Of a DNA stretch of 19,647 nt, positions 1-7,351 are shown piece after piece. Every line of letters starts with the position of its first letter. Position 1 is the stretch's first letter. A program made the position numbers and the translations under genes. Under the pieces are notes generated by a model. It did no database searches. It was not told the origin of the DNA and saw only the letters and a program-made list of their open reading frames with translations. The stretch comes from Candidatus Micrarchaeia archaeon (GTDB lineage: Archaea; Micrarchaeota; Micrarchaeia; Norongarragalinales; UBA8480). The stretch spans positions 1-19,647 of the forward strand of contig JBAMLY010000012.1 of NCBI GenBank assembly GCA_039794045.1, read 5' to 3'.

Positions 1-171
1 GTCAATGCATTGCAGTCCACTGAAGCCTCCGCACTGCTTATCGACAGTCCACTTGCTTGGATTAAACACGCCGAAGTACCAAAGCACGGCAGCGATTATG
101 ACTATAACCAAAATCGCCCAACCATACGTGACCAAGTACTCCAAAGCGCTTTGACCTTTTCTTGACTTCAT
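1..171 (-). CDS. Archaeal type IV pilin (class III signal peptide), 3'-truncated by window edge; absent from ORF track
   Basis: Manual translation from ATG at 171: MKSRKG/QSALEYLVTYGWAILVIVIIAAVLWYFGVFNPSKWTVDKQCGGFSGLQCID..., i.e. basic leader, KG/Q cleavage site, E at +5 and a hydrophobic helix. G-rich SD-like GGGGGGATTGGTGT lies directly upstream; frame is open to position 1. Confidence 0.9.
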   Translation of the reverse strand, partial: MKSRKGQSALEYLVTYGWAILVIVIIAAVLWYFGVFNPSKWTVDKQCGGFSGLQCID

Positions 172-185
172 ACACCAATCCCCCC

Positions 186-223
186 AAAACGCTTGCCGTC
201 CCCCAAATGACAGCAAACGCCTT
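186..223 (-). promoter_or_regulatory. RNA stem-loop in the pilin 5' leader (alternatively a terminator for the upstream ATPase gene)
   Basis: Minus strand AAGGCGTTTGCTGTC-ATTTGGGG-GACGGCAAGCGTTTT gives a 15-bp stem with 4 G-U pairs and an 8-nt loop. Confidence 0.55.
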
Positions 224-229
224 TTCCTC

Positions 230-254
230 ATTACTCGCAACGCCTTTAAAAAAA
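230..254 (-). promoter_or_regulatory. Putative promoter of the pilin gene (TATA box plus GCGAGTAAT motif)
   Basis: Minus strand TTTTTTTAAA-GGCGTT-GCGAGTAAT; the TATA-like box ends 21 nt before the leader hairpin. Confidence 0.55.
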
Positions 255-267
255 CTATTGCTGGCCT

Positions 268-1092
268 TCACTTGAACACTTGTTCTTCCGCGAACACCTC
301 TATTCCTTCCGCCGTTATCTTGAACGGACGCAAGAGAGTGTCGTGCTGGGCGTGCTTGAGCTTCAAAACCTCTACCGCGCGCATGCGCACGTCCCTCACT
401 AAAAAATTGTGCAGCATCACCACTCCGTCCACCACAAACTCCTCCACTCCATAACGACCAACGCCAGGCGAGCCAGCCGGAACCTCGGAAACAAGGAAGG
501 AAGTCACGTCGTTTTCCTTCAAACGCCTGTCAAGCGTAGCCACAGTCTTCCGCACTTCGTGACTGCTCTCAATAGAAGAACCCAAGTAAGTAATAGAGTC
601 AATCGCGACTCGCTTCACCCTCATGTCCTTGAGAGTATAATAAATTTCTCCAGACAAAGTCTTGCTAAAGTCCTTTATCTCGTAAGGGTCCTTGAAAGCA
701 ATCCGCAAAAGCTTTTTCTTCTCAAGCTCGTCCACCGGCCACCCGAACGACAAAGCAGTCTCCCTAATGCTTTCAGGCGACTCCTCGAAAGTAACATACA
801 ACCCTGGCTCGCCGTACTTTAAAGCCCCCTTCACTAAAGCCTGCAAGCACAAAATGCTTTTGCCCGCGCCCACCCCGCCGCTCACGAGCACCGTAGAACC
901 ACGCGGCACTCCCCCGCCCAGCACCACATCCAACCCAGGAATGCCCGTCTTCGCCAAGTCAAGCGACAACCGCGCCTTCTCGGCAGCAGCCCTCTCTCGA
1001 GAGCCAGGCAAGAAAATCGTTTCACCCTTGTCGCTCAACGCCGTCCCCACCGCAAAACGAATCCTGTCAAAATCAATTCCCTTGCGCGCCAT
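268..1092 (-). CDS. Single-domain KaiC/RAD55-like RecA-superfamily ATPase
   Basis: TGIPGLD..LGGG start motif, Walker A GGVGAGKS, catalytic TFEE, Walker B AIDS, RYGVEEFVVDGVV, LKLK, RPFKIT..GI. Has a ~40-aa N-terminal extension. Confidence 0.93.
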   Translation of the reverse strand: MARKGIDFDRIRFAVGTALSDKGETIFLPGSRERAAAEKARLSLDLAKTGIPGLDVVLGGGVPRGSTVLVSGGVGAGKSILCLQALVKGALKYGEPGLYVTFEESPESIRETALSFGWPVDELEKKKLLRIAFKDPYEIKDFSKTLSGEIYYTLKDMRVKRVAIDSITYLGSSIESSHEVRKTVATLDRRLKENDVTSFLVSEVPAGSPGVGRYGVEEFVVDGVVMLHNFLVRDVRMRAVEVLKLKHAQHDTLLRPFKITAEGIEVFAEEQVFK

Positions 1093-1214
1093 GCAATTAC
1101 TATCATGCCATTATTTAAAAACGTTGAAACAATTCCCCCCAAGCAAAGCACCACAAAACGCTTTTTAACAAGCACTACTTACCACACACTAAACAAGAAA
1201 ACTGCGTCGTTCCC
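1093..1214. promoter_or_regulatory. Divergent promoter region between the two KaiC-like genes
   Basis: TTTTTAAA on - strand (1114-1121) 21 nt before ATG 1092; TTTTTAA on + strand (1162-1168) upstream of ATG 1215. Confidence 0.5.
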
Positions 1215-1967
1215 ATGAAGAGAGTCAAGACAGGAGTAAGCGGCCTCGACGAGCTCATAGGAGGAGGAATACCAGAAAAATCAGTGGTGCTAGTCTCCGG
1301 AGGCGCCGGAACAGGCAAAACCATTCTCTCGCTGCAGTTCCTCGCAAGCGGAGCCGCAAAAGGCGAGAAAGGAGCCTACTTCACTTTCGAGGAACGCGAC
1401 GAAAAAATACGCGAGCAAGCCATGCAATTCGACTGGCGCTTCGCCGAACTCGAAAAACAAAAAAAGCTAGTCATCAAGAGCGTCAACAAGCGCACTCTCA
1501 GCGAAATAATGCGGGAAATAAACGCCGTCACAAACGAGTTCAAACCCAAACGCATAGTCTTGGACTCCATGACTACTCTCAGCTTGTACGCGCACACGCT
1601 AACAAACGTAACCGATGTCACCGCAGTACAAGACGAGGAAGCCATCTACGGAGCGCATGGTTTGGCCTCCCTGCCACCAGAAACAGACGGCTTGATAGTA
1701 AGACGCATCCTCATCACACTAGTAAAAATGCTTCAAGCACAACGCATTACTGCTTTAGTGACGAGCGAGCTCGGCGAAAACAGCCAGTGGTTCTCGCGCG
1801 ACACGCTCAGCGAGTTCGCCTGCGACGGCTTGCTCGTCCTCCGCGCCACCTCCCTCGGAAAAGAATTGCACCGCACGATTGAAGTGCGCAAGATGCGCAA
1901 CACCCCAATAAAAGGCGGCGTCCACAACATTGCCTTCACCCGCAAAGGAATAGTCGTGGAAACCTGA
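1215..1967 (+). CDS. Single-domain KaiC/RAD55-like RecA-superfamily ATPase
   Basis: MKRVKTGVSGLDELIGGGIP, Walker A GGAGTGKT, TFEE, Walker B VLDS, TSE, EFACDG, KMR arginine-finger motif. Confidence 0.94.
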   Translation: MKRVKTGVSGLDELIGGGIPEKSVVLVSGGAGTGKTILSLQFLASGAAKGEKGAYFTFEERDEKIREQAMQFDWRFAELEKQKKLVIKSVNKRTLSEIMREINAVTNEFKPKRIVLDSMTTLSLYAHTLTNVTDVTAVQDEEAIYGAHGLASLPPETDGLIVRRILITLVKMLQAQRITALVTSELGENSQWFSRDTLSEFACDGLLVLRATSLGKELHRTIEVRKMRNTPIKGGVHNIAFTRKGIVVET

Positions 1968-1993
1968 ACTACTCACGCGACGGTGCTCTCCCC

Positions 1994-3139
1994 TTGGCGT
2001 TCCAGCAAATCAAGGAAAACATTGCACGCTGGTACGTCACCAACATTATTTACCCGAAAATACACGACATAAACTCGCCTGGCTTCGTCGTCGCGCAACT
2101 CAGCCGCAACGGAACGCGTTCTTTCCTCCGCGAAGTCTTCGTTCCAGAGCAAGCGCTCGCGCAAGCAGAAAAAAACATTGCCGCGCTCGGTGCTCCAGGC
2201 AAGGCAGCACTCTACTCGGCAGGCAAAAAGTTCGGCTACTCTTTCGCCGAATCACTGCACGTTCCCACTCTCTCCACCGCTCCAGCCAAGGAAGTCGAAG
2301 AATTCACTAAAACGCTGTTAATGTTCGTGGGAGCAATGTGGGCAAGGCGCTCTGACGAATTCATTGCGGACGCCAGCAAGAAACGCTTTGAAGCAATCTT
2401 GAAAGACTTCGTAGTATGCTCAAAGAACGGCGTCGGCGCGTTCCTCACCGAAGGCGGCATCGCAGGAATTTGGGCGAGAATGACTGGCGACCCCACAGTA
2501 GAAGGAGTGCAACTCGAATGCGAGGGCAGAAAAGCAAGACAGTGCCACGTCTTGTGCGCGCCAGCCACGCAACTACGCAAACAAAAAATTGCTTTCAACA
2601 CTGAAACCCGCTTGCAAGACAGCAAAACAAGCGAGAACGACTACCACGCAATAAACGCGGTAAAGCCGACGGCTTACGCGAAGCACTCCATGAAGGAACT
2701 CATTGACGCGGGATTCTTCCAGTACGAGGAACGCGTGCTCGAATTCAACGGAGAGCGTTACTTTCCCTGCGAGGCGAGCTTCGCAGAAAAACTTGAAGTG
2801 GAAGCCGCTCGCGTCCCAAAAGCTAGCCAAGCCCTCTTTCAAGCCTGCCGCGAGTTCGGAGAAAAAACTGGCTTGAAAGCAGGAAGCGAGCCAGCCGCCT
2901 TCGTCACAGACTACTTGAGCGCCCTCGGGTGGGGGGACGTGCTCGTAGAAGAAAAAAAGGGAAAAATAAGTGTCAGCGCGCGGTGCTATCCTTGGACGCC
3001 GCGCACGCCGCAAACCACGCTCGCCTTCTTCAGGGGCCTCGCCTCTGGACTGGTTTCAAGCGCCTTCGCACGAAAAACTGTTTACCGCAACGCGCGAACG
3101 CAACTACAAGACACTACTTTTTCCGTGACTCTGTGCTAG
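1994..3139 (+). CDS. Tandem V4R (4-vinyl reductase-like ligand-binding) domain protein
   Basis: TTG start with GGTG upstream. First half: LYSAGKKFG...C..GGIAGIW...VQLEC...C; second half: GERYF...FG...LSALGWG...FFRGLASG. Both follow the V4R pattern; only the first keeps the Cys residues. Confidence 0.72.
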   Translation: MAFQQIKENIARWYVTNIIYPKIHDINSPGFVVAQLSRNGTRSFLREVFVPEQALAQAEKNIAALGAPGKAALYSAGKKFGYSFAESLHVPTLSTAPAKEVEEFTKTLLMFVGAMWARRSDEFIADASKKRFEAILKDFVVCSKNGVGAFLTEGGIAGIWARMTGDPTVEGVQLECEGRKARQCHVLCAPATQLRKQKIAFNTETRLQDSKTSENDYHAINAVKPTAYAKHSMKELIDAGFFQYEERVLEFNGERYFPCEASFAEKLEVEAARVPKASQALFQACREFGEKTGLKAGSEPAAFVTDYLSALGWGDVLVEEKKGKISVSARCYPWTPRTPQTTLAFFRGLASGLVSSAFARKTVYRNARTQLQDTTFSVTLC

Positions 3140-3148
3140 GCGAACCAC

Positions 3149-4003
3149 ATGCTCAGCCCACTAAATCTCTACTTGAAAACCAGCCGCCCTCCCATCCTCG
3201 CCGGAATAATCGCTTACTCTCTGTTCGGCGCAGTCGCGGCAGGAGTGCAAGACCCGTTGAAGCTAGCGCTCTGCCTCGCGTCAAGCCTGCTCTCCGCCTG
3301 CGCCGTATACTCTTTCAACTGCTTCGCAGACTTAGAGGAAGACGAAGTAAACAACCCAGAACTGCCGCGCCTCGCGCGCAAGCACGCTACCCCCTTGAAG
3401 GCGCTAATAGTTTCATCCGTAATCGGTTCTGCCGCGGCCGCACTCGCAGTAAGCGTTTCAACTGCCGTGGTTTCGTCGCTCGTGACGCTAATCGGCTTTT
3501 CTTACTCCCTTGAATTCCGGGGCTTCAAGCCAAAAAAGCACGCAGTCATCAAAAGCGCTTCAATTGGCGTTGGGTGGGCGCTCGTCGCAGTCGTTCCCTT
3601 CGCGGCAACGAACTCGCTTGGCTCGCCAGCGTGCGCGACAACGTTTTTCTTTACGGCAACGCAAGTATTCATTGGCGCAACGCTGCGAGATTTCGCGGAC
3701 GTGCGCGGCGACCGCAAAGCCGGAGTAAAGAGCTTGCCAGTAGTACTGGGAGTAAAGCACACCAAGAAAGTATTGCACGCGGCAAACGCTTTATCTGCCG
3801 GCGGCGTTGCCGCGGCAGTAGCTTGGTTTAGCGCCCCCCACTCCACGCTCGCCTTGCTCGGGGGGTGGGCTTGGAGGCACGCAAACATTTCGCTCGTAAA
3901 ACAAGAAGGCACGCCCTCGTGGGCCTTGCGTGAAATGAATTTAGGCGCAGGCGCTGCATTCGCTGCCGCCTTGCTCGCAGGCAAAGTGTTGGCTGGAGGG
4001 TAA
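3149..4003 (+). CDS. UbiA-superfamily membrane prenyltransferase
   Basis: N-terminal RP, first Asp-rich motif NCFADLEED, YS..K motif, second motif DFADVRGDRKAGVKSLP, many hydrophobic helices. Substrate cannot be assigned. Confidence 0.9.
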   Translation: MLSPLNLYLKTSRPPILAGIIAYSLFGAVAAGVQDPLKLALCLASSLLSACAVYSFNCFADLEEDEVNNPELPRLARKHATPLKALIVSSVIGSAAAALAVSVSTAVVSSLVTLIGFSYSLEFRGFKPKKHAVIKSASIGVGWALVAVVPFAATNSLGSPACATTFFFTATQVFIGATLRDFADVRGDRKAGVKSLPVVLGVKHTKKVLHAANALSAGGVAAAVAWFSAPHSTLALLGGWAWRHANISLVKQEGTPSWALREMNLGAGAAFAAALLAGKVLAGG

Positions 4004-4081
4004 AGCTTTTATTTCGTGCTTCATTGCTTTCAAGCAAAAGCGACTGCAAAAACAACTTGCCACAGGAGAAGCAAGAAAAAA

Positions 4082-4876
4082 ATGGTTTCGCGATTGTTAC
4101 TTGAATTAACGGCGTTGACTGGGTTGGCGTTAGTGGCGTTGAACGCCGCGTCACTCGTTTTCACTCCTTTCACGGAAGAACAAGCAATGGTTTTGACTGA
4201 CGCTTCCGCCGTGGTTTTAGCCTTCCTCTTAACGGCAACCATGGGCTTTCTTTACTTTAACGAGAGAGAAGAAGAAACCAAGAAAATGAGGTTGTTTTTT
4301 TTCTTGTTCTCGGCGTGCTGGCTCGCAGCAGAAAGCACTTGGATGGCCTACGAAGTCTTTCTCGCCACCAAAATCCCGACACCCTCCCTCGCAGACTTCT
4401 TCTGGCTGGCAGGATACGCGTTCCTCGCACTCGCCACAATACTAGTTTTTAAGGCGTTCTACGTCAAGCTTCATTGGCGCAGCGCTTTAATCGCCACCGC
4501 GTGCGGCGCGCTAGCCATAACAGCATTTTATGCTTTCCACTTGCAGCAATTGCTCTTGCACCCACTAACCCTTGAAACAATAATAAACGCGGCCTACCCA
4601 TTTCTCGACGTCTTCATTGCTTCAGCAGCAGCTTACACGCTGCTTGCCGGCAACCTTGGCGGATGGGGGCGCGCCCTAGCCACAGCGTGCGCTGCCTTGA
4701 TTTTCCTGGCACTGGCTGACGCGCTTTACGCCATTCAATTCACTGCCGGCACTTACGAGTGGGGTGAGCTCGCAGACCTCTTTTACGACTTCAGTTACTT
4801 AATGTTTTTGTGCGCTGGCTTGCTCACTATAGTAAAAGCAGAAAAAATAAAGGAAACAACTAAACAATTCAAGTAA
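4082..4876 (+). CDS. Multi-pass membrane protein resembling the integral-membrane sensor domains of kinases/diguanylate cyclases, stand-alone
   Basis: Start placed at ATG 4082 (MVSRLL...; ORF-track extension from 4016 is low-complexity Lys-rich). About 8 hydrophobic segments; motif W..AE..W..YE....P.PSLADFFWLAGY with a second copy LADALY...ELADLFYDFSY. Confidence 0.7.
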   Translation: MVSRLLLELTALTGLALVALNAASLVFTPFTEEQAMVLTDASAVVLAFLLTATMGFLYFNEREEETKKMRLFFFLFSACWLAAESTWMAYEVFLATKIPTPSLADFFWLAGYAFLALATILVFKAFYVKLHWRSALIATACGALAITAFYAFHLQQLLLHPLTLETIINAAYPFLDVFIASAAAYTLLAGNLGGWGRALATACAALIFLALADALYAIQFTAGTYEWGELADLFYDFSYLMFLCAGLLTIVKAEKIKETTKQFK

Positions 4877-4890
4877 ACAAAGGCAATAAA

Positions 4891-5433
4891 ATGGCGTCAA
4901 CGCAAGGAAAAGCAAACGTTTGCGACCAAGTAAGCAAAGGCAAGATTTTCCTAGTACTCGCTTCCCCTGAAGCCAGGCAGTCTTGCCCCCAGCAAATCAG
5001 TGAATTCACGAAAAAAGGAATAATAATATACGTTTCCGCCAGCAAGCCCTACGCAGCACTAGAAGAAGAGCTCAGAAAACAAAAAGCAAACCTTGAAAAC
5101 GTGTTGTTCGTGGACATGACGGTCAAGACCACGCAATCCAAGCAAGAAAAAAAAGTCATTTTAATCGATTCACCCCACCACTTGACTGACTTGTCAATCG
5201 CGTTAAACGAAATAATTCACTCCCTGCCGTCCAAGAAAAAAGCAATCATAGTAGACTCGCTTAACACTCTTGCATTATACAACGACGAGCCCACCGTAAT
5301 CCGCTTCACAAACTTTCTAGTCAACAAAATGCGTTGCTGGAAAGTAGGAGGAGCCTTCTTCGCCGTAAAAGACGCCAACAAAGCGCTTGCCATGCAAGCA
5401 GCCCAGTTCTGCGACGCCGTCATTGAAGCCTGA
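4891..5433 (+). CDS. Inactivated KaiC-like P-loop domain protein (DUF835-like)
   Basis: No Walker A, but keeps IIYVS..KP, VLFVD, LTDLSIAL, IIVDSLNTLALYN...IRF..FLVNKMR and terminal QFCDAVIE typical of degenerate RecA/KaiC folds. Confidence 0.75.
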   Translation: MASTQGKANVCDQVSKGKIFLVLASPEARQSCPQQISEFTKKGIIIYVSASKPYAALEEELRKQKANLENVLFVDMTVKTTQSKQEKKVILIDSPHHLTDLSIALNEIIHSLPSKKKAIIVDSLNTLALYNDEPTVIRFTNFLVNKMRCWKVGGAFFAVKDANKALAMQAAQFCDAVIEA

Positions 5434-5445
5434 CCGCCACCACTT

Positions 5446-6504
5446 TCAAGCCACTACGCTCTTGAAAAGCAAGCGCAAAACCCAGTGGACGAAAACAAAC
5501 ACCGCAATCGAAGCCAACACGAACACCGGCGCTAACTTTACTCCCTGCAACGCCTTGCCCGTCCTAATCAAGGCGAACAACAAAGCCGAGAAAAAATTTG
5601 TTACCGCGAGCGCAGCCACGGAAAACAAGAACACGTCAGAAGAAGAAATGCCGCCTTGCCGCAGACCACCAAAATAAGTTCCAGGCATTCCAGTAACGCC
5701 TGCCGCGAAAAGGTATTGCTGGCTCACCGCCCCCCCAGAAACCCTCTGCGACAAAATCTTTTCATTCAACTCAGAGTAATAAGTAGTTACCGCGAAAAGC
5801 AATGGCGCCGCTGCAAGCGAGGCAAACAACACGAAAATAGTGTAAGTAAGAGTAGAAGTAAGAATTTCTTTGCGCAGCAAAGCAATGTTGCGCACGTCCT
5901 CAGCCACTTCGTCAAGCAAGCGAGACATTTCCCCGCCCAACTTTATTCCCTCGCCAATCAAGCCCACCGCACGCGCCACCACGTCCGAGCGCACGCGCGC
6001 AGCCATTCCCTGCAAAGCAACCGTGACCGGCTTGCCCCCAAAAGTCTCAGCGCTCACTTTCTTGATTTCGTCCTTGAACGGCCCGAACTCCGGACGCGCC
6101 GAACCCCAAATAGCGTTCTCCAAAGTCATTCCAGCGCGAATGTTCGCCGAAATCAAGGAAAAAGCGTCGGGAAGCACTGCCTCGAAACGCGCCGCCCGAG
6201 AGTCCGCCGCGTTCACGAGGAAAACATAGAACAAAGCCACTGAAACAAGAAAGCCGCCCACCGCACAACCAAGAAAATAAAGCGGTTCCACGAAAAAAAA
6301 CTGGGAAACAAACCAGGCAATGACGGCAACACAAGAAGAGAAAAACAACACGAAGCCCAGAAACACGGGCGGCCGAATAGAATCGAAACCGCCTTGAACC
6401 ATGAGCACCCCCACTCCTTCCACTAGCGAGCGAGGCAAGAACGCCGAGATTCTCTCGTAAAAATACTTTACCACTCTAAACCACTGGACGACGCGAGCCA
6501 ACAA
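5446..6504 (-). CDS. Type II/IV secretion system F-family (TadC-like) pilus platform protein
   Basis: LPDAFSLISANIRAGMTLENA...EFGPF..E...GG....LL..VAED motif flanked by TM helices; downstream of the pilus ATPase. Start uncertain. Confidence 0.9.
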   Translation of the reverse strand: MLARVVQWFRVVKYFYERISAFLPRSLVEGVGVLMVQGGFDSIRPPVFLGFVLFFSSCVAVIAWFVSQFFFVEPLYFLGCAVGGFLVSVALFYVFLVNAADSRAARFEAVLPDAFSLISANIRAGMTLENAIWGSARPEFGPFKDEIKKVSAETFGGKPVTVALQGMAARVRSDVVARAVGLIGEGIKLGGEMSRLLDEVAEDVRNIALLRKEILTSTLTYTIFVLFASLAAAPLLFAVTTYYSELNEKILSQRVSGGAVSQQYLFAAGVTGMPGTYFGGLRQGGISSSDVFLFSVAALAVTNFFSALLFALIRTGKALQGVKLAPVFVLASIAVFVFVHWVLRLLFKSVVA

Positions 6505-7348
6505 AATTCAAGAAAAACAAGTGAAAAACCACTAAGTAAAACAAGACGCCCAACAACACGACGCTTGGAATAACCAAGTTAAAGAAAGAACCCAGCACCA
6601 CCAACAAAGTAACGCCCAAGCTCGGCACGATTATTCCAGCCATCAAGAAAACCAGGGTCCACGGAGAAAGCTCTTGCCCGTAACGCTTTATCTCGTCCAT
6701 GCGCAAGCGCACCAAGTCCGCGAGAATAGCTTCAATCGCTTCGCTAACATCAGAACCCATCTTCAACGCATTAGAAGCCTGCCACAACAAGCGCTTGAAC
6801 TGAAGCGAGGGACTCACCCGCGCCGCGTCCTGCAACGCGTCAATCTCTGGCGTTCCACTGTCAATACGGCGCACTATCTTCTTGAACTCGGCGCTCAACT
6901 CCCCGTAACCGTCGCTCACGCTCGCCATCGCGTTAAACAAAATCACTCCAGAACGCAGTTCAATCAACAACTGCTGAGTCGCGGGAATCAAGTCCCTCTC
7001 AAGCAACCGAGCACGCCTTCGCGCGAGAACACGCGGAAAAGAAACCGTCGTAAAAAACGACGCAACGCCAACCACCAAGCAGACAAGCAAGGCGGGAACC
7101 AACGCGCTCGCCCCAGCCGCAGAAACAGCTAGCCACACCACGAAAGCAGCCACTGCCCCCGTAGCGAAAGCGTTCACGAACGCCGCCGCCGCGTACTCCG
7201 CAACAGAAAGTGTCAGCCCCGCCTCCTCCATCTCATCCTTCAAGAAAGGCATGAAGCTAGCCGCAAACCCACCAAAGCCCTTCTGCGAGCGAGCCAAAAA
7301 CAACAACACGCGAGACGGCAAAACGCTGAAAGGAAACTCTGCACGCAT
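6476..7348 (-). CDS. Type II/IV secretion system F-family (TadB/TadC-like) pilus platform protein
   Basis: ELRSGVILFNAM..V..GYGELSAEF..IV..IDSG..EIDAL; TM helices at both ends; GGTGAG SD before ATG. Confidence 0.9.
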   Translation of the reverse strand: MRAEFPFSVLPSRVLLFLARSQKGFGGFAASFMPFLKDEMEEAGLTLSVAEYAAAAFVNAFATGAVAAFVVWLAVSAAGASALVPALLVCLVVGVASFFTTVSFPRVLARRRARLLERDLIPATQQLLIELRSGVILFNAMASVSDGYGELSAEFKKIVRRIDSGTPEIDALQDAARVSPSLQFKRLLWQASNALKMGSDVSEAIEAILADLVRLRMDEIKRYGQELSPWTLVFLMAGIIVPSLGVTLLVVLGSFFNLVIPSVVLLGVLFYLVVFHLFFLNFVGSRRPVV

Positions 7349-7351
7349 TAC

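Noticed and set aside
62..271. 69-aa ORF-track ORF on the - strand
   Set aside because: Overlaps, in another frame, the clear pilin gene starting at 171 and runs across its promoter and leader; no recognisable motif.
268..1967. Circadian clock (kaiABC)
   Set aside because: Both proteins are single-domain, lack the CII Ser-Thr phosphosite pair, and no KaiA/KaiB-like gene is visible.
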